Shown one piece after another: positions 40,249 through 48,413 of a DNA stretch of 64,000 nt (position 1 is the first letter of the stretch; each line of letters begins with the position of its first letter). The notes below the pieces were generated by a model. That model was not told the DNA's origin. It saw only the letters and a list, made by a program, of their open reading frames with translations, and made no database searches. Position numbers and translations under genes: made by a program. This stretch comes from Clostridiales bacterium (lineage in GTDB: Bacteria; Bacillota; Clostridia; Oscillospirales; UBA644), in contig JAEEJO010000066.1 of NCBI GenBank assembly GCA_016281915.1, positions 54,845 to 118,844 on the forward strand, written 5' to 3'.

Positions 40249-41571
40249 TTACAGTCTCCACCATTTCATTCCGGAGGCTTTCAGATCATTAATATTATAC
40301 AGACCCTTAACGTCGATCACAACTTTTTCTTCGTCCGGCACCTGTCTGAAAAGAGTCTTGATGCCGCTGAGTCCGAGAGTTTTGAATTCGTTATGCGCAA
40401 CGGCTGTAATAACGCAATCGACGTCTGAGACGTCCTCGAATTTTGTGAGTTTAATACCGTATTCGTGCAACGCGTCGCGTTCAGATGCCCACGGATCGAC
40501 GACCAATGGAGATATGCCGTAGGTGTTGAGACGTTTTATTATGTCATCGACCTTGCTGTTGCGCGTATCAGGACAGTTTTCTTTAAATGTCAGACCAAGG
40601 ATGGCAACCTTGCTCTTTTTGGGAGCCTGACCGGCTTCAATCATTTTTTTAACGGCGGCATCCGCAACATAAGCGCCCATAGAGTCGTTGACGATACGTC
40701 CGTTCAGAATGATCTGGCTGTGATATCCCAATTTTTCGGCTTCATAAGTAAAATAATAAGGATCTACGCCGATACAGTGACCGCCGACAAGTCCGGGACG
40801 AAAACCGAGAGCATTCCACTTAGTGTTCATGCCGTCTACAACTTCATTTGTGTCTATATCCATACGGTCAAAGACCATTGCGAGTTCGTTCATAAACGCT
40901 ATATTGATATCTCGCTGGCTGTTTTCAACCACTTTTACCGCTTCGGCCGTTCTGAGATTTGAAACAGGATGAGTTCCGACTTCTATGACAAGATCATAGA
41001 CGGATTTGATTTCCGCGAGAGATTCACTGTCTATGCCGGAAACTATTTTGTGTATATTTTCAAGACGGTGAACTTTGTCACCGGGATTAATGCGTTCGGG
41101 AGAATAGCCGACTTTAAAGTCAACGCCGCATTTAAGTCCGCTTTGTTTTTCAAGAATAGGTATGCAGACATCTTCTGTACATCCGGGATAAACGGTGGAC
41201 TCATAAACGACGATCGAACCGCAGGACAGATGACGGCCGACGATCTCTGATGCGCTGACAACAGGTGTAAGATCCGGCGTATGGTCGGTATTGACCGGTG
41301 TGGGAACAGCAACGATGATAAACCTGGCTTTTTCCAAATCTTTTTCATCAGAGGTAAAGTGTATTTTGGTGTTTTTAATTTCTTCATCGCCCACTTCTTT
41401 TGTTGGGTCGATTCCCGAGCGATAAAGAGCGATTTTTTCTTTATTTAAATCAAAACCGATAACGTTCAGCCCTTTTTTCGCAAATGCGTGCGCAATCGGC
41501 ATACCTACATAGCCGAGTCCGACAAGTGCAAGTGATTCAGTTCCGGCAATGAGTTTTTTATAAAGTGACAT
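40249..41571 (-). CDS. Nucleotide-sugar (UDP-N-acetylhexosamine) 6-dehydrogenase, TviB/WbpO/Cap5O-like
   Basis: The ORF extends to 41613. ATG 41571 (MSLYKKLIAG) has TAGGAGA 8 nt upstream. NAD-binding GLGYVGMPIAHAFA and the catalytic Cys loop VGGHCIGVDPYY. Confidence 0.85.
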   Translation of the reverse strand: MSLYKKLIAGTESLALVGLGYVGMPIAHAFAKKGLNVIGFDLNKEKIALYRSGIDPTKEVGDEEIKNTKIHFTSDEKDLEKARFIIVAVPTPVNTDHTPDLTPVVSASEIVGRHLSCGSIVVYESTVYPGCTEDVCIPILEKQSGLKCGVDFKVGYSPERINPGDKVHRLENIHKIVSGIDSESLAEIKSVYDLVIEVGTHPVSNLRTAEAVKVVENSQRDINIAFMNELAMVFDRMDIDTNEVVDGMNTKWNALGFRPGLVGGHCIGVDPYYFTYEAEKLGYHSQIILNGRIVNDSMGAYVADAAVKKMIEAGQAPKKSKVAILGLTFKENCPDTRNSKVDDIIKRLNTYGISPLVVDPWASERDALHEYGIKLTKFEDVSDVDCVITAVAHNEFKTLGLSGIKTLFRQVPDEEKVVIDVKGLYNINDLKASGMKWWRL

Positions 41572-41689
41572 TTTTAATCTCCTACTATCACATGTTCTCT
41601 TAAATATCTTCAAGTTTTTTATGAGTTTTTAAAACCGTATTTTTCGCCGCATGGCGTGAGTTTTCAGACATTTCAGCATTTTCGCGCTG

Positions 41690-42457
41690 TCATCTGCTTA
41701 CATATCTTATCTTCTTATAAACTCCGAATACCATATTCCGCCCTGTATTAAACACTGCTGCAACAGGGTTCTGACCTTCAGATTCTCTATATAGCCTGTA
41801 GTGCCAGCCGATCATGGTCTTTATGCTGTGTGTGCTTATGCTGCCTGTTCTTCCGCGTCGGTAAAGCGCCAGCTCTTCGTTTAAAAGATAGCAGTTTGCC
41901 TTTCTGCAGACCTTGAGCCACATGGCGTAATCATTATTTTTCTTAATATCCGCAATTTGTATAAGCCCAACAGCGTCTCTGTCATACATAACAGTCAGAC
42001 ATCCCGGCCAGCAATAATTAAAAAACCCTGTTTTAGTGATTTTACGGGGTCCAGTAACGGTGATTCCGTTTCTTTTGCCGTCGGAATCTATCTCTGCATA
42101 ATTCGTGTACGAAAAATGATATCCGTTCTCCATCATGAATGTGATCTGCTTTTCCAGCTTATCGGGCATCCACAGATCGTCTGAATCCAGAAATGCGATC
42201 CATTTCCCTTTTGCCTCACGAAGAGCTCTGTTTCGGCTCACTGCGGCACCGCTGTTTTTTTCGTTCTTTAAGTATTTAATCCGCTCATCTGACAGATACT
42301 CTTTCACAACTTGATCGGTATTATCAGACGAGCAGTCATCCACGATAATTAATTCCCAGTCATTATAGCTCTGAGCCAGAACGGAGCGGATTGATGATGA
42401 TATAAAAGAAGCCGTATTATAAGACGGCATAATAATTGACACTAATCCGGACATCAT
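41690..42457 (-). CDS. Glycosyltransferase family 2
   Basis: 255-aa ORF. VSIIMPSYNTASFI...IIVDDCSSDNT...FLDSDD (DxD). Confidence 0.88.
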   Translation of the reverse strand: MMSGLVSIIMPSYNTASFISSSIRSVLAQSYNDWELIIVDDCSSDNTDQVVKEYLSDERIKYLKNEKNSGAAVSRNRALREAKGKWIAFLDSDDLWMPDKLEKQITFMMENGYHFSYTNYAEIDSDGKRNGITVTGPRKITKTGFFNYCWPGCLTVMYDRDAVGLIQIADIKKNNDYAMWLKVCRKANCYLLNEELALYRRGRTGSISTHSIKTMIGWHYRLYRESEGQNPVAAVFNTGRNMVFGVYKKIRYVSR

Positions 42458-43182
42458 CTTTTCTCGTGCTCCTTAATCAATTCCCTGGCATGTTCCTGCA
42501 GCATATCATATTGAGAAACAGACACTTTTCCCTCTTTCAGCAGAGCGTCGCCGTAGTCTAAGGCGGTGGCATTCTCTCCGTCAGTGATGCCCTCCTGCTT
42601 TATCAGCGCGACCTTCACCGTTTCAAGAATAAGTTTAACGTCACCAAGAAAAGTGATTTTTTCGATATATTTCAGATCCCAGTCCAGTTTATCTTCCCAT
42701 GTGATCGCGTTTCGTCCCTTAACCTGAGCAAGACCGCTCAAGCCGGGTTTGACGGTATGGCGCATCCTTTGTCTGTCGGACATAAACACCATATCACGCA
42801 CAAGCTGAGGTCTTGGTCCTATCACGGACATTTCTCCTCGCAGTATGTTGAAAGCTTCCGGAAGCTCATCAAGGCTGGTGGCCCTCAAAGCCCTGCCAAA
42901 CTTGCCGAGCCGTACTTCGTCTGGAAGAAGGTTTCCGTTTTCGTCACGCGCATCGGACATGGTGCGGAACTTGTACATATCAAAGATACGTTCTTTCCCC
43001 GTCTCAGGATCGATCATTCCCGGTCGAGGCTGCCTGAAAAGCACCGGGCGCCCCATTTTGATGCGCACTAAAATTGCAATAATGATGTAAAGCCAGCTGA
43101 AAATGATGATGGCAAGCAGGGAACATATGATATCCAGTAACCGTTTTATGTACTTTTCATAAAAGCCGCGTTTTCGTTGCAT
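42454..43182 (-). CDS. Undecaprenyl-phosphate sugar phosphotransferase (PglC/WcfS-type 'bacterial sugar transferase')
   Basis: The listed ORF starts at GTG 43206. ATG 43182 gives MQRKRGFYEKYIKRLLDI... Motifs: KFRTM and LDELPEAFNILRGEMSVIGPRP. Confidence 0.88.
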   Translation of the reverse strand: MQRKRGFYEKYIKRLLDIICSLLAIIIFSWLYIIIAILVRIKMGRPVLFRQPRPGMIDPETGKERIFDMYKFRTMSDARDENGNLLPDEVRLGKFGRALRATSLDELPEAFNILRGEMSVIGPRPQLVRDMVFMSDRQRMRHTVKPGLSGLAQVKGRNAITWEDKLDWDLKYIEKITFLGDVKLILETVKVALIKQEGITDGENATALDYGDALLKEGKVSVSQYDMLQEHARELIKEHEKR

Positions 43183-43193
43183 ATATGATTTCC

Positions 43194-43415
43194 TTACCTG
43201 AAACACCTGTGAATAATATCAATAATCCTATCCTGCTGCTCGGGCGTCATCTTGTTATCGCTTGGCAGACAGAGTCCTCTGCGGAAAAGGTCGGCTCCAA
43301 CGTCGATTCCGGAGCCTTTTATGTAAGCGTTGGTGCGACCTCTGCCGTTACCTTCGACCGTAACGAAGGGGTTTGAGCGGTATATCGGCTGCATATGCAT
43401 GGGCTTCGAAGTTTG
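43194..43415 (-). pseudogene. 3' fragment (about 70 codons) of a DegT/DnrJ/EryC1/StrS PLP aminotransferase, truncated by element insertion
   Basis: ...SKPMHMQPIYRSNPF...FRRGLCLPSDNKMTPEQQDRIIDII matches the extreme C-terminus of this roughly 370-aa family. An in-frame TGA lies at 43416-43418. Upstream sequence is AT-rich non-coding DNA followed by recombinase genes. Confidence 0.8.
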
Positions 43416-43809
43416 TCAGATGGGATAAACACAATATATTGTAGTTAAAATGAGTCAAATATTCAATAACACCACTATATATTGATTTGTTGAACAAGCT
43501 CAAGTTCCAAATCGCATCGTTTCTCAGCTTGGGTAAACAGAAGAAACCTGCTGGGTGTGTATCCGAATTACAATTTACTCGTAAGTTGAAAACAAACCCA
43601 GTGGGCTGATTTTATTAAGCTAACGAAAAAACAAGAAACATCAGTTTATAGTCTGTTCAAGAATAAGTTGTCTTTTTTCATCCGTAAGCAAAAATCTATG
43701 TTCTTTTGCCGATTTCTACTCCTTTATCTTTTTTTCTCGTAACACAAGGATGTAATAATGCGGTTTTCTGAATGCATCCTTGAATTCCTTTCTTTGTGTA
43801 CTTGAGCAA

Positions 43810-44943
43810 TCAATCAACCTCAACCCCATCACTTTTGATGACTATCCTTTTCGCATCCCCGTATTTCAGCAGATATTCCTCTTTTACATTTCGGCACTTG
43901 CATCCGTTCTTTTTACGCTTTTCCCTGCAGATCCAGGTCTTGATCTTCTCACCACCTGGGCCGTAAACCGTCCTTCGTGTCATGGGAGCACCGCACTCAC
44001 CACAAAAAATTTTCCCATACAAAAAATGTGGCTGACCACCTCTGTGACCAACTTTTTCTCCGATTTTCTTATTTTCTTCCAGCTTTGCCTGAACTGCATC
44101 CCACACATCCCTGCTCACAATAGCTTCATGATCATTTTCCAGGTAGTTGCTCTCGAACATGATTGAAGTGTCAGGTTTTTTGCTTATGAAATCCTTCGGT
44201 GGCTGCTTTTGGAGCAGCTTATCTCCCTTGTAAGTTTCGTTTTTCAAAATGTAAAGGATACTATATCGGCTGAGAGGAGTGTTGTTTCTAGTCTTCACTC
44301 CAATGTCTGTCAGGGTTCTGATGATCTCTTCCACGGTCTTTCCCTGAAGGAAAAGAGCAAAGATGAGCCGTACTGAATCGGCGTACTGGTTTGCCACTAG
44401 CTTTCCATCAACCGTATCATAGCCGAGAATGCGGTTATTTCCCAGGTTAAACTCGCCGCGTTTAAAGCGTTCCTTATATCCCCAGCGGATGTTCTCGGAA
44501 ATGCTGCGACTCTCGTTCTCCGCAATGGCTGACATTAGGGAAAATATGAAGGAACTGGTCGGATCGTCTGTTCTCAGCCTTTCCTTCTCGAACTCAACCG
44601 TCACATTCCTAGATCTCAGCATGTCCGTGTACTTTTTACACTCCGCGACATTGCGCGAGAATCGGGAAACGCTCTTGCAAAGAATCCGGTCGATCTTGCC
44701 GTTCATCGCCGCCTTGATCATTTTCATGAACCCCGGCCTTTTTTCGGCACGAAGTCCAGACAGGCTATCAGAGTACACACCCTCAAGCTCCCAGTCAGTA
44801 CGAAGGCTGATGAGATTGATATAGACTTCCTGTTGTGTCTCTAGGCTGTTTTCCTGAGTGTCCATCTTGGTACTGACTCGGCAGTACACAGCGACCTTCA
44901 TTTTCTTATTTTCCCGTTTCGCAGGAATTCTTGTTATCTGCAT
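43810..44943 (-). CDS. Large serine recombinase (third of three)
   Basis: 377-aa ORF with SD AAGGAGG 7 nt upstream. Catalytic-Ser motif VAVYCRVST, a recombinase domain and the Zn-ribbon CGECGAPM...CREKRKKNGCKC. Confidence 0.9.
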   Translation of the reverse strand: MQITRIPAKRENKKMKVAVYCRVSTKMDTQENSLETQQEVYINLISLRTDWELEGVYSDSLSGLRAEKRPGFMKMIKAAMNGKIDRILCKSVSRFSRNVAECKKYTDMLRSRNVTVEFEKERLRTDDPTSSFIFSLMSAIAENESRSISENIRWGYKERFKRGEFNLGNNRILGYDTVDGKLVANQYADSVRLIFALFLQGKTVEEIIRTLTDIGVKTRNNTPLSRYSILYILKNETYKGDKLLQKQPPKDFISKKPDTSIMFESNYLENDHEAIVSRDVWDAVQAKLEENKKIGEKVGHRGGQPHFLYGKIFCGECGAPMTRRTVYGPGGEKIKTWICREKRKKNGCKCRNVKEEYLLKYGDAKRIVIKSDGVEVD

Positions 44944-44955
44944 GAGTGTCCTCCT

Positions 44956-46335
44956 TTATCCTGCGTGAGCCGAGCTTAGTGCCAGTCCCATCAGGAATTT
45001 GTATTTGTTCTTCTTTACGCCGCATCTAATCCGATCCAGATAGTCGTTGTAGAAAACAGAATAGCGGGATGGGCAGTAGCGTTCTTCGGAGAAATCCAAT
45101 TGCGAGACTTTCGTATCTCCGTCACACCAATGAATTGTCACCTGTTCTTCGTTTAACAGAATTGTCTCCATCGTGTCATCCAGCCAGTAAAATTCGACCG
45201 TTTCCTTTTTCTCGCCATATTTTTCTTCATAGGCTTTGACCATCGCCTCATCCAGCACATTCTGAATGATCAAATAACCCCCACATCCGCCTTCTCCATA
45301 GCACCCCCAGCCGCCGTTCTGGATCCTCTCGCCGTTGTAGTAAAAATTGTTCAGGCTCCCGTGCACCAGCGGCTTCCCGCAATGCGGGCATTTAAGCATT
45401 TCACCGTAAGGATAAGTGCTGTTTCCAACCGCCACATTTCGCATCGCCATGATCTTCTGCGCCTGATCAAAAATGTGACGATCAACTATGGCTTCGTGTG
45501 CATTCTTGACATGGAACTTCGGAAGGGCTCCGTGGTTGCGGATCTGCCTGTGGGTGAGGTGGTTTTCAATGTATGTTTTCTGCATGACCACATCCCCAGC
45601 ATACTTCTCATTTTTGATCATCCGATCAATCTGCAGCCTTTTCCAGCATTTTCCAGCTGGAGGCTTAATGCCCCTTGCGGTCATGTCATTCATGATGTCC
45701 AGCGGAGCTTCCCCGTGCACAAACCGTTCGAAAATTTCCTTAACAACCGCTGCCTCCTCTTTTTGAATGAGGAACATCTCATCATCAGAATGGTAGAAGC
45801 CATAAAGGGGAACCTTAACCTCGTTCCCGGCTTCAAACCTTTTCCGGATGCCCCATTTCACGTTCTCGGAAATACTCCGGCTCTCCTCCTGCGCGAAGGA
45901 TGCCATGATGGTCAGAACCATCTCTGAAAGGGCGTCCGCGGTATCGATTCCTTCTTTTTCAAAAAAGACCTGAACACCGTAACTTTGCAGTTCACGTACC
46001 GTAGAAAGTGTGTCAACCGTATTTCTGGCAAATCTGCTGATGCTCTTGGTGACGATGTAGTCGATTTCTCCGGCTTTGCAGTCCTCGATCATCTGCTGGA
46101 ACTGAACCCTGCCCTTCACCGAAGTCCCGCTTAGCCCCTCATCAACGTACACATTTTTAAGATCCCAATCCCCGCGCTGCGCTGCCCGGAACCGGAAGGT
46201 CTCTATCTGGTTTTCTAAGCTTTCTAGCTGCGCCTCATGGTTTGTGCTCACACGGCAATAGGCGGCAACACGCTTTCTGCTGGCATACTTCGGCTCTTCA
46301 ATTCTCGTTACTGTTTTCGACAAAGCGTTCTCCAT
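44956..46335 (-). CDS. Large serine recombinase (second of three)
   Basis: 459-aa ORF. VAAYCRVST and the Zn-ribbon CPHCGKPL...GCYGEGGCGG. Overlaps the upstream recombinase by 38 nt. Confidence 0.9.
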   Translation of the reverse strand: MENALSKTVTRIEEPKYASRKRVAAYCRVSTNHEAQLESLENQIETFRFRAAQRGDWDLKNVYVDEGLSGTSVKGRVQFQQMIEDCKAGEIDYIVTKSISRFARNTVDTLSTVRELQSYGVQVFFEKEGIDTADALSEMVLTIMASFAQEESRSISENVKWGIRKRFEAGNEVKVPLYGFYHSDDEMFLIQKEEAAVVKEIFERFVHGEAPLDIMNDMTARGIKPPAGKCWKRLQIDRMIKNEKYAGDVVMQKTYIENHLTHRQIRNHGALPKFHVKNAHEAIVDRHIFDQAQKIMAMRNVAVGNSTYPYGEMLKCPHCGKPLVHGSLNNFYYNGERIQNGGWGCYGEGGCGGYLIIQNVLDEAMVKAYEEKYGEKKETVEFYWLDDTMETILLNEEQVTIHWCDGDTKVSQLDFSEERYCPSRYSVFYNDYLDRIRCGVKKNKYKFLMGLALSSAHAG

Positions 46336-47212
46336 CTCTCAATAAAGTCTGATTCGTTACTCGGGGCTGTTTGCGGGAAGCAAGTAGGTATCGGTTCATA
46401 ATCTCCTGCACCCTGTCAAAAAGCTCAGGGCTGACAATTGGCTCATGATGCTCTGTGATGTAAAACTGATCCCGGTAGCCGTTGTTCTTCACTTGCTTTC
46501 CAGGAACCAGGGATATGGTTTTGTGAGATTGATAATCACCCTTGTAGACAACATTTGTAAGCAAGTACTTTAGCCGCCTATGGCTCCATGTAAAGCCACT
46601 CATCTCATTCAGCGTTCTCTGGATATCCGTGTAGTTTTTTCCTTCCGCCGCCATTTTGAAAGCCTTGATGACCAGAGGTGCTTCTTCCCCGTTGATAACC
46701 CATTTATTGTCTCCTCCGTTTTTGTAACCGAAAGAAATCTGGCCGAAAGGGTTGCCCTCCATCGCGTGCTGTTCATGCGCCAGAAGTGTATGCTGACTGA
46801 TACTATGGCTTTCTTCTTCCGCAATGGCAGCAAAAATGTTCAAAACAAAAGCGCATTTCTCATTTTGAGAATTGATATTCTCTTTTTCAAAAATGATGTT
46901 CACCCCAAGATCTTTCAGCTCCCGGATCATTGCAGCACACTCTGCCATGTTGCGAGAAAAACGGGAAATTGACTTTGTGAGGATCAGATCGATCTTTCCA
47001 GCTCTACAGTCATCAATGAGCTTTTGCAGGCCAGGGCGTTTCTCTGTGCTCCAGCCGCTCTTGCCCTTGTCGCCGTAGATGCCCACGAGTTCCATTGTTG
47101 TGTTGGCTTTTATCATGTCTTTATAGTAGCTTACCTGGAGCTCGTAGGAACCATCTTGTGCTTCTTTATCCGTACTGACCCTGCAGTAAGCTGCAGTCTT
47201 TATTTTTTTCAT
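46298..47212 (-). CDS. Serine recombinase (first of three, short, no Zn-ribbon)
   Basis: 304-aa ORF with SD AAAGGAGA. TAAYCRVST, with resolvase and recombinase domains only. Confidence 0.88.
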   Translation of the reverse strand: MKKIKTAAYCRVSTDKEAQDGSYELQVSYYKDMIKANTTMELVGIYGDKGKSGWSTEKRPGLQKLIDDCRAGKIDLILTKSISRFSRNMAECAAMIRELKDLGVNIIFEKENINSQNEKCAFVLNIFAAIAEEESHSISQHTLLAHEQHAMEGNPFGQISFGYKNGGDNKWVINGEEAPLVIKAFKMAAEGKNYTDIQRTLNEMSGFTWSHRRLKYLLTNVVYKGDYQSHKTISLVPGKQVKNNGYRDQFYITEHHEPIVSPELFDRVQEIMNRYLLASRKQPRVTNQTLLRDGERFVENSNEN

Positions 47213-47305
47213 TTTTGTCTCCTTTCCGGTGTTTTCCGCGGTTTTTCCTCTCTCGAGGTAGAGTATTAATCACTCTAAAAGCTAATAATATCAAGTCGTT
47301 CATGC

Positions 47306-47518
47306 CTATATTTCCGGATATAACAGGTAGAATTTTTCGCATGCATTCCGCGTGATTTTGTTGAATTCGTCAACAGTAATTCTGCCGTCGTAGCAGAGCC
47401 TGTTCGCAAACCGAATAACGGACAGATATTCATACTCCCACCGCAGCCTTTTCGTGGGTAATTGACTCTGCGGTATTACCGAGCATGTCGTTTGCACACT
47501 TTGTGATACAGTTTTCAT
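47306..47518 (-). CDS. Small hypothetical protein upstream of the recombinases (start/frame uncertain)
   Basis: 70-aa ORF. Only the C-terminal half (EYEYLSVIRFANRLCYDGRITVDEFNKITRNACEKFY) looks protein-like. The good SD (GGAGG) serves an ATG at 47525-47527 in another frame. Confidence 0.35.
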   Translation of the reverse strand: MKTVSQSVQTTCSVIPQSQLPTKRLRWEYEYLSVIRFANRLCYDGRITVDEFNKITRNACEKFYLLYPEI

Positions 47519-47605
47519 AGTTCATAATTTTTTCCTCCAGTCTGAGAGGTACCCCTCTCACTATCCACTGGAAAAAAACAGTGGCTTTGAACGAAAAAGA
47601 CACAA

Positions 47606-47651
47606 AAAATTAAAAAAAATTACCCGCCATGGATTTTTAGTCCGTGACGGG
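47606..47651 (-). terminator. Rho-independent terminator of the cargo operon
   Basis: On the minus strand: CCCGTCA...TGGCGGG hairpin (47623-29 / 47645-51, 1 mismatch), followed by TAATTTTTTTTAATTTTTT. Confidence 0.6.
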
Positions 47652-47806
47652 CGTTTTACTGATTGATTTAAAATGATTTATGTATTCGAAATACTCACAA
47701 CTCCTTTCGTGGTTCTGCAAAGATATCAGTGCGCTTGGTTGGCTCAGAGGGCAGCTGGTTCAAGTACTGCCGCTATGAACACCTGCTTGTTCAGTTGTTT
47801 TTCTTT

Positions 47807-48019
47807 TCATACCTTATCCTGCAGCGCAGTGATCTGTTTCTGCAATTCTTGTCTGCGAGGATTACGTTTCACAGACTCTTTCAGTGATTTCGCGCTGCCC
47901 GCATGCAATGCATCTCCAGAAATCTGCCTCACTAAGTTTTTATATGCGGTATGCTTATTTAAATTGAAATCGATTCTAGTGCTTTCTCCTTCGCCCTCGC
48001 ACTCAGATATTTCAACCAT
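47807..48019 (-). CDS. Hypothetical 70-aa ORF overlapping the end of the previous gene (possibly its frameshifted continuation)
   Basis: Overlaps 47959..48402 by 61 nt in another frame. The distal part (RIDFNLNKHTAYKNLVRQISGD...QELQKQITALQDKV) looks helical. Confidence 0.25.
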   Translation of the reverse strand: MVEISECEGEGESTRIDFNLNKHTAYKNLVRQISGDALHAGSAKSLKESVKRNPRRQELQKQITALQDKV

Positions 48020-48402
48020 TCATCATACTGGTATTTGGAAATAGCATGGCGGGTTAGCAAAACATCTAGCAACTGTTTCTGCTTGATGAAAAGCCGTCTG
48101 TTCTTCTCCTCATATGAAAGTAACTCCCATTCCTCTGTATCAAGATGAACGCTCATGTCTTTTGCTCTTTCCTCTAACTCATATCTACTATCTTTTTTCG
48201 AAGACTTTCCTGTTCCAAACAATAATGGGAACAAATTAAAGGAGGTCTTGTTGTAGGCAGCCTTTTTGGGGTTCTTAATCCATCCCGCACCTTTCTTGCC
48301 ATAGCCGGGTATGAATGCCGCCTTAATTTTTCTTTTCAACCTGCTTGTTGTCCGTGCTTTGAAAGACCTTTTCAGACTTGGTTTTCTTGCTCCAAATTTC
48401 AT
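47959..48402 (-). CDS. Small basic protein with SHOCT-like C-terminal helix pair
   Basis: 147-aa ORF with SD AAGGAT. Lys/Arg-rich N-terminus (KPSLKRSFKARTTSRLKRKIKAAFIPGYGKKGAGWIKNPKKAAYNK). C-terminal LLDVLLTRHAISKYQYDEWLKYL resembles SHOCT. From memory only. Confidence 0.55.
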   Translation of the reverse strand: MKFGARKPSLKRSFKARTTSRLKRKIKAAFIPGYGKKGAGWIKNPKKAAYNKTSFNLFPLLFGTGKSSKKDSRYELEERAKDMSVHLDTEEWELLSYEEKNRRLFIKQKQLLDVLLTRHAISKYQYDEWLKYLSARAKEKALESISI

Positions 48403-48413
48403 ATACCATATCC

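Noticed and set aside
43401-43809. Small ORFs, an excisionase or a terminator in the 400-nt AT-rich gap between the recombinases and the DegT fragment
   Set aside because: Only ORFs of 11 codons or fewer are found on either strand, and there is no hairpin with a convincing T-run. The gap is left as unannotated junction/att-proximal DNA.
43780-44166. Plus-strand 128-aa ORF at the element junction
   Set aside because: It is antisense to the third serine recombinase and has no ribosome-binding site.
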